From: an uncultured Candidatus Saccharibacteria bacterium
GTDB lineage: Bacteria > Patescibacteriota > Minisyncoccia > Phycocordibacterales > UBA9973
Assembly (NCBI GenBank): GCA_964639185.1
Contig: CAZXCN010000001.1
Span: 38,626-102,625, forward strand
Direction of reading: 5' to 3'
Length of the DNA stretch: 64,000 nucleotides
Shown here in pieces: positions 20,300-29,790 of this stretch; position 1 is the stretch's first letter; each line of letters starts with the position of its first letter. The position numbers were made by a program, and so were the translations under genes. Under the pieces are notes generated by a model. The model ran no database searches. It was not told where the DNA came from and saw only the letters and a list, made by a program, of their open reading frames with translations.

Positions 20300-22312
20300 A
20301 TGGAAAAACTAAGGGTGGATACACCAAAAGAAAGGGTAGTTTCAGAAAAGCACATAAATGACATCAAAGGGCTATTGGATGTAGACAAGTCACATCAAAG
20401 TGAATTCAATCAGAAAGTTATAGATGAAATAATAAAAGCAGTCTTGAGTGGAAAGACAGAAAAAGCTCTTAAAATACTAGATTTGAAATCTCGTTCTGAA
20501 AATGGGGAACCTGTAACTATAATTCCACAAGAAATCAAGGACAATCTTATCTCTATCTCAAATCAATACAAAGAGGAAAACAATATATCAACTGATGCTG
20601 AACTAAAACACAAGCGTTATACAAACAAGCAAGCAAGGAAAGAATCATGGGAACAAGATAGGGCAAAAATACTTGAACTATTTGATTCATTTGTAAACAA
20701 ATCACCAAAACCTAAATCAAAAATTGATAACAAAAAATCAGGCATGGTAAAAGATGTTATAATCGAAGATATGGTAAAAGAAGAAGTAATTGAAAATAAA
20801 TTCGGTGGCTCTGGAAAAGGCGACAGTGATGAGATTATTGAAAATAAAGATGTTTCTAAACTTTCATTAGTGGAATTAGTACGACGTGGGTACGCATTCA
20901 ATAGCCCTCAAGTTCTTGCTGCGTTAGAAAAATCCAAAATAGATACAGAAAAACAAGAAAAAGAAATACTAGCCAAGATGGAAAGTAAAAAACAAAATTC
21001 TCAAGAAAAAGAAGCAGCTATAGAAAAAATGAGGTTTGAAAACATGATTCGAGACATAAAAACGCTCGAGGGATTAGGACGTCGTTTCAAGAACGATAAA
21101 GAAAAAATAGAATTATGGAAAAATATTTCAGAAAAATATAATTTAGGTATTATATCTATTGACCCAATAAAAAAGGAGGGTAACTCTGCCAAAGAATTTG
21201 CCATACAAAAATACGAGAAATCCTTATTAGAAATCGGAGATATCATAAAAGAGGGTGTAGATAAAGTTGTAATACATGGTAATGATGTTTATGACAAAGA
21301 AACAATGAACGCAACAAGTTTAAGATTTAAAAATGATTTAGACACAAATGGAGCATTATATTTTCTAAATGATATAGCAAATATCAAATACAAAGAAGGA
21401 TCAACAACTGAAGTAGTAAATAAGGGTGGCCGGAGCCAAGAAAACACTGGAAATGTATTGTATGTAGACGTTGGTGGAAGAACCACCGGGGTAGAGAAAA
21501 CAGGAACTGGTAAAAGAGCTTTTATAGATCATCACCAAGAGGAATACAAAACTCATGAAACTTCAGCCACACAAATAACATATGATATTCTTGTAAAGAA
21601 TAAGATAATAGAAGGTGAACCTTGGATGGAAAATTTGGTAAAATTCACTACAAACATGGATAACTTGCAGTATGTGCGGGGTAAAGATTTCGACCTAAAA
21701 TTCTTTAAAGAAAAGTGGCCTAGTAGCCTTTACTCTCTTGCAGAAAAAGTACCATTTAAATATTTAGTACAATGGTTCAAAGAAGGCCGTGATCCAAAAA
21801 ATCCTTTCACAGAAGAAGAGATAAAAAATATTAAGATAGAAAAATATTCCCCAGCTTCAAAAACAATGAGTAAACATTCTTTAGAAGGACTTATAAAAAC
21901 AAATAGCATTGCTGCAGCGAAATCAACTGCAAACATATTATTTGCAAAAGAACAGATGATAAAAAATGCAATAAAAACAAGAACGGACGAGCTTGGAAAA
22001 GTTTTATATAATACGACAGAAGAAGTGATAAATCACCGCACAGGTAATAACTCAATAAACAAAATAGATATAAATGGTTTTATACCATCTACAGCTATGG
22101 GATATGATACATTCATTTCATATAATACTGAAACTCAAAAATATTTTATAAACTCCATTAATTATGACCTTACGAACGCCTACAATAGAATAAAAAAAAT
22201 AGTTCCAGATACAAAATTGATACGCGGGGTGATGATATTGCCACCCAACAACGAAAGCAGAAAGTTAATTACCCCAGAAAAATTATTAAAAATATTAGAT
22301 TTAAAAGAATAA
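20300..22312 (+). CDS. Hypothetical K/E-rich protein with a central DHH-family phosphoesterase-like domain
   Basis: Motifs VVIHGNDVYD, LYVDVGG and AFIDHHQ in the order expected for DHH motifs I-III. Long charged N-terminal region. An extended -10 (TGGTATAAT) lies just upstream. Confidence 0.5.
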   Translation: MEKLRVDTPKERVVSEKHINDIKGLLDVDKSHQSEFNQKVIDEIIKAVLSGKTEKALKILDLKSRSENGEPVTIIPQEIKDNLISISNQYKEENNISTDAELKHKRYTNKQARKESWEQDRAKILELFDSFVNKSPKPKSKIDNKKSGMVKDVIIEDMVKEEVIENKFGGSGKGDSDEIIENKDVSKLSLVELVRRGYAFNSPQVLAALEKSKIDTEKQEKEILAKMESKKQNSQEKEAAIEKMRFENMIRDIKTLEGLGRRFKNDKEKIELWKNISEKYNLGIISIDPIKKEGNSAKEFAIQKYEKSLLEIGDIIKEGVDKVVIHGNDVYDKETMNATSLRFKNDLDTNGALYFLNDIANIKYKEGSTTEVVNKGGRSQENTGNVLYVDVGGRTTGVEKTGTGKRAFIDHHQEEYKTHETSATQITYDILVKNKIIEGEPWMENLVKFTTNMDNLQYVRGKDFDLKFFKEKWPSSLYSLAEKVPFKYLVQWFKEGRDPKNPFTEEEIKNIKIEKYSPASKTMSKHSLEGLIKTNSIAAAKSTANILFAKEQMIKNAIKTRTDELGKVLYNTTEEVINHRTGNNSINKIDINGFIPSTAMGYDTFISYNTETQKYFINSINYDLTNAYNRIKKIVPDTKLIRGVMILPPNNESRKLITPEKLLKILDLKE

Positions 22313-22315
22313 CAT

Positions 22316-23350
22316 ATGGCAAATAAATTTGAATTTACATTTAAAGATGGAACAATCCTTACAGGGAATAGTCTTTCTGATGCATTGTTAAATTCAAAGA
22401 AAAGAAATCCTGTAAAACCAGAGTCTACATCTAAAAATCCAGCAGAAAAAACACCAGAAGAATCCGATAATCTAAAGAGCAAAATAGATGATCTGAATTC
22501 TCGTGGGGTAAAATTTACACAAACAAAAAATGGAGACAAGGAGGTTATTAAGTATGATGACAAAATAGAAACATACACAAATGGTACATTTACTAGTGTT
22601 GAATGGATATTAGATCAAAACAATGATGAGGATATAGATGGGTCAAAATTTGAACCAGTAGAGTTAGATACAAAATTCAACGAACAACTTACTGGGCTTA
22701 TCAAGCAGTACATGGAACTAAATAAAGAAATTATTAAAGAAAAAAATGAGTATAACAAATTAAAAGAAGAAATAAGAGGTATTAAAACAGAAAAATCCAT
22801 GAATGCAGTAGAGGCATTGGAGGAGTTGAAAAGTATTGATAAAAAAATAGAAGAGAAAGATAAAAAATTACAGTCTATGGTTGATAAGAATGAGGAGTGG
22901 CGGAAAATATATGATGAAATAAATATTTTAGAAGAAAATAAATTAAAACCTCATTCCATATTGTACCCAAATGCATATAAAGCATTTAATAAAATAAACC
23001 CAGAAAATACATACCCCATCGACGTACTTAGTAACACAACGGATAAAAAGGGTAATTACCAAGATCCTATGACTTATCACCAAAGAACATTCCATGCGTT
23101 TCAAGAAATAAATGAAGACGAAGGGTATTTTGATATGAGTATTCTAGGTTTTTATAAGATTTTGAAAAATAGAGAAGATGTATCTAACAAAAATGGCATT
23201 GATTCAAAATCACGAAAGGCGATATATAAAGTCATTGGCCCTGATGGATCCATACTGATAGATAATGTTGGGTATAAGGAGGCAAGTAAATTTATGGATA
23301 AAGAATCCGAAAAATATAAAATAAAACTTGAGAAAGAGTTTAGTGTATAA
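22316..23350 (+). CDS. Hypothetical coiled-coil-rich protein (shares IDGSKFEP motif with the downstream gene)
   Basis: ORF. The 25-nt exact repeat shared with the 23370 gene implies paralogous segments. Confidence 0.45.
   Translation: MANKFEFTFKDGTILTGNSLSDALLNSKKRNPVKPESTSKNPAEKTPEESDNLKSKIDDLNSRGVKFTQTKNGDKEVIKYDDKIETYTNGTFTSVEWILDQNNDEDIDGSKFEPVELDTKFNEQLTGLIKQYMELNKEIIKEKNEYNKLKEEIRGIKTEKSMNAVEALEELKSIDKKIEEKDKKLQSMVDKNEEWRKIYDEINILEENKLKPHSILYPNAYKAFNKINPENTYPIDVLSNTTDKKGNYQDPMTYHQRTFHAFQEINEDEGYFDMSILGFYKILKNREDVSNKNGIDSKSRKAIYKVIGPDGSILIDNVGYKEASKFMDKESEKYKIKLEKEFSV
22632..22656. repeat. 25-nt exact direct repeat (ATATAGATGGGTCAAAATTTGAACC), copy 1, encoding IDGSKFEP
   Basis: Identical 25-mer also at 23571-23595 inside the next gene. 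Confidence 0.8.
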
Positions 23351-23369
23351 TTAATTCATATAAATAAAC

Positions 23370-25661
23370 ATGATAGAACCTATGACAATTAATCCGGAAG
23401 AATTAGCGAAAAAAGAAGCAGAATTGCTTGAAAAGGAAGCTCGTATAGCTCACTTGAGCGCAGAAGCAAGTAAACTTGGTGATGGTATTACTGTATTGCT
23501 AAAAACAAAAACTCCCGAGGAATTGCTGGCTATGGGTTTGAGCAAGGAAGAGCTCGAGGGGTTTGGAATAAATATAGATGGGTCAAAATTTGAACCTAAA
23601 AAATACAAAGAAGAGACTAGGGAACAAAAGGCAGTAGAAGAAGCTCGGGAAAAATATGCGAAGGAAATTTCTAAGTATAAAAAGGAAACTAAAATATGGG
23701 ACAAGATGAAGCACCACATAACTCCAGAGAAAAAACATGCCTATATAAATGATAAGTTTCCAAATGTTGCACTCCTAAAGGAATCTTATGATAAAGCCCG
23801 AATAGAATTGGGTAATAAAATGTATTTTGACAAGAAGATGGAGCTGGAAAAAACTGGAAAATCTGACTCTGAAATAAAAGAAGAATTAGATGAATATAAA
23901 AACTATGAAATCAAGTTTGCAATACATTTTGTAGAACATGCAAAAAGTAATGTAATTCGTTCAGAGAGATTACCACTAAATGCTAGAGAATCTTTAAATA
24001 AGACATTAGAATTTACCCAAAAAGCTTACATCCAAACAATGGACAAAGCTTCAAAGGCTTATTCAGCTGTAATGAATTCCAAGGCTATGGATCTTTATAA
24101 AAAAGTGGGAGATTGGGGTTCAAAATCAAAATATGGTCATGCAAACATAAAAGGGTACGATCTTACCGCTGGGAAGTTGGCCCGCTCTGCAGTATTAGGT
24201 CTTGGAACAGGATTTGCTTTCGGCGCTGCAGCTTATGGAATTCGATTTATTCGAGGTACTGCTATTGCTATGGGAGGGGGGATAGCTATCAGTAAGATGA
24301 ATGCTTGGCACCAACAAAGATTAGATATCTTAAATCAAGAAAAAAATGATGCGATGCAATCTCTTTCTGGATTAAATACAGCCGAGCAATTAATAAATCA
24401 AGAAAAAATATCAGATATAGAGAAAAGAATTAGAAAGGAGGATAGGGCTCATATGTTAAAAATGGGTGCAATCGCAGCCCTTATGCTAGGGGCCAACTGG
24501 GGTGCAGCAAAAGCTGAAAATTCCATGTTTGGGCATGGGGCAGAAGAAACTGGAAGTGAACCGAAGTCAAAAGATAAAGAAGAGACAACAGTTACCGAAA
24601 AGAAAGTTGAAGATAAGCCAAAAATCAAAAAACCGGAACCAACTACTGCTCCTAAAACAAAAACCCCAGAGGCAAATAATAATGTTGTAAAAACTCCAGA
24701 AAAAAAATCTATTATCCCAAAAGAAGCCTTTATAGATTCAAAGCACAATATAGGTATTACTTATGCATTTAGAAGTCAGCTAGAAGCCAATAGTGATCTT
24801 GCCCACAAGCTGGGCTATGATGTAGCACCTAATAAACCACAATTCCTTGCAGACCTTGGTAAAAAGCTAGGATACATTGGTGAAAATGGTGACGTGCGTG
24901 TACGCGGAGACGGCATGGGTGCAGCATATGTGTTACACATAGATGCAAGTGGTAATCCATATGTTGAAGAATTTCAAAATGGAATTTCTTCAGATACAGT
25001 TCATCATATTGGTGATAAATTTGAAGACAGGGATGTGCAGGAAAAATATGAATACTATAACGAAAATACTCCTAAAAATACAAGCGCAGGTACTAAAGGC
25101 GAATTCGATGGAGAAGCCACAAGTATTGCCCCATCTGGTACTCGAGCAGAGGGCAGTGCCGACGAATTTGCTGGTGAAGCAAAAGTTGTCCAAGGGGCAC
25201 CTTTGGGTGATAATAATAGTACAGACGGAAAATTTGGCCCGAAAACAAAAAGCGCATTGAACATTTACCAAACCGGAAACAAAGACCTGTTGAGTACAAA
25301 TGGCGTAGCCGAAGAGCTAGCACGTCGAGCAGATGCCATAGCAAATACAAATAGTGCTGGGTTGGATAATATCAACATCGAAAACACTGCATTGTTTATA
25401 AATGAAAAATCTGAAATTTTAAAAAATACATTCAAGAAATTCCTATCTAATGATTATAATCATAAAAATTGGGAACATGTTCAATATAAAAATATGAATG
25501 AATTAGCAAGCAAGGATAACCCGTATGAATTTGCATCCAGAGGTGAGCGTAAGTCTGTAATACGATTATTGAAACAAGCAAAGGAAATGGGTATTGATTA
25601 TCATGACAAGACAGCCGACCAATTGGTAAACGATATGACTAAACACGAATTAGGTAAATAA
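23370..25661 (+). CDS. Hypothetical membrane-associated protein, 763 aa, with a charged coiled-coil N-terminal region, central hydrophobic helices and a P/T/K-rich linker
   Basis: ORF. Hydrophobic segments AVLGLGTGFAFGAAAYGI and MGAIAALMLGANWGAA. No family assignment. Confidence 0.5.
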   Translation: MIEPMTINPEELAKKEAELLEKEARIAHLSAEASKLGDGITVLLKTKTPEELLAMGLSKEELEGFGINIDGSKFEPKKYKEETREQKAVEEAREKYAKEISKYKKETKIWDKMKHHITPEKKHAYINDKFPNVALLKESYDKARIELGNKMYFDKKMELEKTGKSDSEIKEELDEYKNYEIKFAIHFVEHAKSNVIRSERLPLNARESLNKTLEFTQKAYIQTMDKASKAYSAVMNSKAMDLYKKVGDWGSKSKYGHANIKGYDLTAGKLARSAVLGLGTGFAFGAAAYGIRFIRGTAIAMGGGIAISKMNAWHQQRLDILNQEKNDAMQSLSGLNTAEQLINQEKISDIEKRIRKEDRAHMLKMGAIAALMLGANWGAAKAENSMFGHGAEETGSEPKSKDKEETTVTEKKVEDKPKIKKPEPTTAPKTKTPEANNNVVKTPEKKSIIPKEAFIDSKHNIGITYAFRSQLEANSDLAHKLGYDVAPNKPQFLADLGKKLGYIGENGDVRVRGDGMGAAYVLHIDASGNPYVEEFQNGISSDTVHHIGDKFEDRDVQEKYEYYNENTPKNTSAGTKGEFDGEATSIAPSGTRAEGSADEFAGEAKVVQGAPLGDNNSTDGKFGPKTKSALNIYQTGNKDLLSTNGVAEELARRADAIANTNSAGLDNINIENTALFINEKSEILKNTFKKFLSNDYNHKNWEHVQYKNMNELASKDNPYEFASRGERKSVIRLLKQAKEMGIDYHDKTADQLVNDMTKHELGK
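23571..23595. repeat. 25-nt exact direct repeat, copy 2
   Basis: Identical to 22632-22656. Confidence 0.8.
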
Positions 25662-25684
25662 ATTATTAATTAGTATCCTGCTAT

Positions 25685-26017
25685 TTGGCAGGCAAAAATA
25701 TTATGGCATTTGATACAAATACACATTCAATATTGGCAAAAGCTTTGGGGGTAGATGGATTACCCGAAGATAAAAAAGAGGCAATGATAGAATCTGCGGG
25801 GGCTATTGTCTACCAAGCAGTATTAACGAAAGCAATGGAGGAATTACCTGAAGAAGCTCTAGATGAATTCGAGAAAATAATAAACGCTGAACCAACTCCT
25901 GAATTAGTCTTTGCATTCTTCCGAAGTAATATCATGAACTTTGATTCAATGATAGAAGAGGAGGCAAAAGCATTTATCGAAGACGGGCAAAATATTATGA
26001 ATCAGATAGGGGAATAA
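25685..26017 (+). CDS. Hypothetical small acidic protein
   Basis: ORF followed by a strong terminator hairpin at 26041-26080. Confidence 0.35.
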   Translation: MAGKNIMAFDTNTHSILAKALGVDGLPEDKKEAMIESAGAIVYQAVLTKAMEELPEEALDEFEKIINAEPTPELVFAFFRSNIMNFDSMIEEEAKAFIEDGQNIMNQIGE

Positions 26018-26083
26018 GTAGAAAAGAATAACACAAAAATACCACAGTAAAGCTGTGGTATTTTTGTGTTAGAATAGTGTGAT

Positions 26084-28000
26084 ATGAATATGAATTATCT
26101 AGATGAATTAAATGAAAAACAACGAACAGCTGCCGAATACCTCGAAGGACCTCTGTTGATAGTCGCTGGTGCAGGTGCAGGCAAAACCAAAACTCTTACA
26201 TATCGTATAACAAACCTTATCAGTCACGGTGTTGAACCATCGCAAATATTGGCAGTTACATTTACAAACAAAGCAGCAATGGAAATGCGTGAGAGAACAA
26301 TAAAAATGCTCGAGGGGCGCAATTATAATTCTGTACCACTTATATCAACTTTTCACTCATTAGGAGTAAGGATCATAAAGGAAAATGCTCAAAAATTGGG
26401 CCTAACTCGACATTTTGCAATAGCCGATGAATCCGATGCATTAACAATAATAAAAAATGCATTAAAAGAATTAGACTTGGACATAAAACAATACGAACCT
26501 AGAAAAATAAAGTCGATAATATCACGTTCCAAGGGTGACTTCATAACCCAAAGCAAATTTGCCGAGGATGCAGTATCGCACTTTGCACAGCTTGTTGCTC
26601 GTATATGGAAGATGTATGAAGAGGGCCTAAAGAAGGAACAAGCCTTGGATTTCGATGACCTATTACTTGAAACAGTATTATTATTGCGTAAAAATCCTGA
26701 AATATGCGAGCAGTATAAAAAACGTTGGCAATATATACATATCGATGAATATCAAGATACGAATGAGGTTCAATATGAATTGACCAAATTATTAGTAGGT
26801 GACAAGCACAATATTTGCGTCGTAGGTGACACTGATCAGAATATATATAGCTGGCGCGGAGCAAATATTAAAAACATGCTTCATTTTGAAAAGGATTACC
26901 CAACAACCAAAATAGTTATGCTTGAACAAAATTATCGTTCTACAAAAACAATCATCGAAGCAGCAAATGAAGTAATAAAGAAAAATATTTACCGAGCTCC
27001 AAAAGATTTATTTACCGAAAATGCTGTTGGCGACACTATCACACTACACGAAGCGTATGATGAAGTATATGAAGCCAACTTTGTAGCCAATACTATATAT
27101 GAATTACTAGAAGGGGGGCATGCTGAGCCCTCAGATATTGCAGTGTTGTATCGTGCTAATTTTCAATCTCGAGTACTAGAAGAAGCACTGCTTGGAAAGC
27201 AAATACCGTACCAAGTATTGGGTGTAAAATTCTTTGAACGTCGCGAAGTTCGTGACATGTTGTCATACATACGAGCAAGCCTTAACAAAGAAAGCTTGTC
27301 GGATATAAGGCGTATTATAAATGTCCCTGCCCGTGGTATTGGCAAAGTAACAATTGCAAAATTATTTGCCAACCAATTTTCAGATTTACCAGCAAGTATG
27401 CAAATAAAAATAAATAAATTCTACGAACTACTAAATGATATCAAAGAGTGTAGTGACAGTAATCCCGTAAGCGAGGTTATAAAATTTACACTCTCAGCAA
27501 GTGGCTTGGACAAAGAACTCGCTGATAGTGGCGAGGAAGGGATGGAAAGATTGGAAAATATAAAAGAATTAGTAACTCTTGCTACCAAATATGATGCGTA
27601 TGGCGAAGAAGGGTTAGACATGTTACTAACCGATGCATCACTTGCCAGTGACCAAGACAGCCTCAATGAAGTACGCGAAGGTATCCGCCTAATGACAGTG
27701 CATGCTTCTAAAGGTTTAGAATTCAAGTATGTATTCATAACTGGCCTCGAACAAGATTTGTTTCCACATCAACGATCTAATAATTCAAAGAATGCTGGTG
27801 AGAGCGAGGAGGAACGTAGATTATTTTATGTTGCCCTAACTCGAGCAGAACATAAATTGTATTTATCATACGCATCTTTACGAACAATATTTGGCATGAA
27901 GCAAGTAAACAGCCCGAGTGAATTCTTGTCTGATATTCCTACACACCTAACCAATTTTCAAACAGGTGGTGGTAATGGTGAAAGGATAGTTTATTTATAA
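26084..28000 (+). CDS. ATP-dependent DNA helicase, UvrD/PcrA/Rep family
   Basis: Walker A AGAGAGKTKTLT, motifs DEYQDTN, and C-terminal VALTRAE. 638 aa. Confidence 0.9.
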   Translation: MNMNYLDELNEKQRTAAEYLEGPLLIVAGAGAGKTKTLTYRITNLISHGVEPSQILAVTFTNKAAMEMRERTIKMLEGRNYNSVPLISTFHSLGVRIIKENAQKLGLTRHFAIADESDALTIIKNALKELDLDIKQYEPRKIKSIISRSKGDFITQSKFAEDAVSHFAQLVARIWKMYEEGLKKEQALDFDDLLLETVLLLRKNPEICEQYKKRWQYIHIDEYQDTNEVQYELTKLLVGDKHNICVVGDTDQNIYSWRGANIKNMLHFEKDYPTTKIVMLEQNYRSTKTIIEAANEVIKKNIYRAPKDLFTENAVGDTITLHEAYDEVYEANFVANTIYELLEGGHAEPSDIAVLYRANFQSRVLEEALLGKQIPYQVLGVKFFERREVRDMLSYIRASLNKESLSDIRRIINVPARGIGKVTIAKLFANQFSDLPASMQIKINKFYELLNDIKECSDSNPVSEVIKFTLSASGLDKELADSGEEGMERLENIKELVTLATKYDAYGEEGLDMLLTDASLASDQDSLNEVREGIRLMTVHASKGLEFKYVFITGLEQDLFPHQRSNNSKNAGESEEERRLFYVALTRAEHKLYLSYASLRTIFGMKQVNSPSEFLSDIPTHLTNFQTGGGNGERIVYL

Positions 28001-28040
28001 AATTTTCATCTTTTAGAGATAAGCTGTTATCATATAGTAT

Positions 28041-28868
28041 ATGTTACACAAAGCAAAAAAGTCATTGGGGCAGAACTTTCTTAAATCAAAGGGGGCTTTG
28101 TTGGCTATGTGTAAAGCAGGTGAATTAACTGGCAACGATATTGTCCTTGAAATAGGCCCTGGCAAGGGTGCACTGACTGAATACTTACTAAAAGAAGCAA
28201 AGAAAGTGATCGCAGTTGAAAAAGATTACGATTTGGCTATATTTTTGTCAGAAAAATTCAAAAAAGAGGTGGTGGATGGTAAATTAGTGCTTGTTCAAGG
28301 AGATATTTTGGAAAAAGACCCAAGTATATATGGATTAAAGGATGGAAAATATAAACTTATAGCCAATATCCCGTACAATATTACTGGTGCAATATTCAAA
28401 AAATTCCTATCTGGGCCTGTAAAACCAAGCATTATGACACTTTTAGTTCAAAAAGAGGTAGCCGAGAGGGTAGTCGCCCGTGATAAAAAAGAAAGTATCC
28501 TATCTATAAGCGTAAAAGTGTATGGTATTCCAAAATACATAACAAAAGTAAGCAAAAAATACTTTTCCCCTTCACCAAAAGTAGATTCCGCAATAATACA
28601 AATAACTAGTATTTCGAACAAATTATTCAAAAACAAAGAACTCGAGTCATGGTTCTTCCAAATATTAAAAGCTGGTTTTGCTCATAAAAGGAAGGTACTC
28701 AAGAGTAATTTAAATATTATTGCAAAAACAGAAGATATAAATCAAGTTTTTGAAAAATTACAAATAAATGGAAAATCTCGTGCTGAAAATATTGAAATTG
28801 GCACATGGGTCAAATTGGCAAGTGAATTGTCTGTAGAAAATAGTAAAAACTTTCAAAAGGTTATATAA
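28041..28868 (+). CDS. rsmA: 16S rRNA (adenine1518/1519-N6)-dimethyltransferase RsmA/KsgA
   Basis: LGQNFL, EIGPGKGALT SAM motif, NIPYNIT motif. Confidence 0.9.
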   Translation: MLHKAKKSLGQNFLKSKGALLAMCKAGELTGNDIVLEIGPGKGALTEYLLKEAKKVIAVEKDYDLAIFLSEKFKKEVVDGKLVLVQGDILEKDPSIYGLKDGKYKLIANIPYNITGAIFKKFLSGPVKPSIMTLLVQKEVAERVVARDKKESILSISVKVYGIPKYITKVSKKYFSPSPKVDSAIIQITSISNKLFKNKELESWFFQILKAGFAHKRKVLKSNLNIIAKTEDINQVFEKLQINGKSRAENIEIGTWVKLASELSVENSKNFQKVI

Positions 28869-28893
28869 TATTATTACACATGTTGTGTAATAA

Positions 28894-29790
28894 ATGAATA
28901 ATAATTTTTTACCAAGCAAACAGTTTGCAAAAAGAGCAATAATAATATTTGTTCTTATTGTTGTTGTATTAATACTAACAAAAGTTACTCCTTCCATTAA
29001 AGATAAATTAAATCGGGTAAATACCAATAGACAGCTATCTGTTAGCGAATTAGTAGGGCAGGACAGTAATACAAATGGGATACAAGATTGGGAGGAAATA
29101 TTATGGGGCCTAGACCCAAATGCTGATGGATCAGAAAATAAAAATTTTATAATAAACAAAAAGAAGCAATTAAACGGTGGTGTATTGCCAGCAGAAAATG
29201 ATACTCCGTTGACTGACAACGACAAATTGGCTCGTGAATTCTTTGCTATGATTATATCACTACAACAAAGTGGCAACTTGAACGAAGACGCAATAAAAAA
29301 TATATCAAATTCTGTAGGTGCAAATATTGTTGCTGAAGATCTAAAAGATATTTATACAAAAGATATGCTAGAAATACAAAGCACTACAACTATCACAGTG
29401 GGCAACTATCAAAATGAGATGCGAAAAATAACTCAGAAATATAATAATAGCGATATGGGTAATGAACTATCATTTATCGGCCAAGCCGTAGCAGGGAATG
29501 ACCCTCAGGTATTACGTATAGGTACTTCAATAGCAAACTCATATCGTTCACTGGGCAAAGATATATTAAAAGTGTCTGTACCAACATCATTAGTAACAAC
29601 ACACTTAGAATTGGCAAATAATATGGAGAAAACAGCTCGTTCGATAGAAAATATGCGTACACTACTCGATGACCCAATGGTTGGCATGACAGCAATTGTT
29701 CAGTATAAAAGATACAATGATGCACTGCTCTTAAATTTGGAACAGATTAAAACATTTTTCATTAAAAATGGTATAATAAAATATAATTAA
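28894..29790 (+). CDS. Hypothetical membrane-anchored protein; first gene of the secretion-associated island
   Basis: N-terminal TM anchor (AIIIFVLIVVVLIL). No family. Confidence 0.45.
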   Translation: MNNNFLPSKQFAKRAIIIFVLIVVVLILTKVTPSIKDKLNRVNTNRQLSVSELVGQDSNTNGIQDWEEILWGLDPNADGSENKNFIINKKKQLNGGVLPAENDTPLTDNDKLAREFFAMIISLQQSGNLNEDAIKNISNSVGANIVAEDLKDIYTKDMLEIQSTTTITVGNYQNEMRKITQKYNNSDMGNELSFIGQAVAGNDPQVLRIGTSIANSYRSLGKDILKVSVPTSLVTTHLELANNMEKTARSIENMRTLLDDPMVGMTAIVQYKRYNDALLLNLEQIKTFFIKNGIIKYN

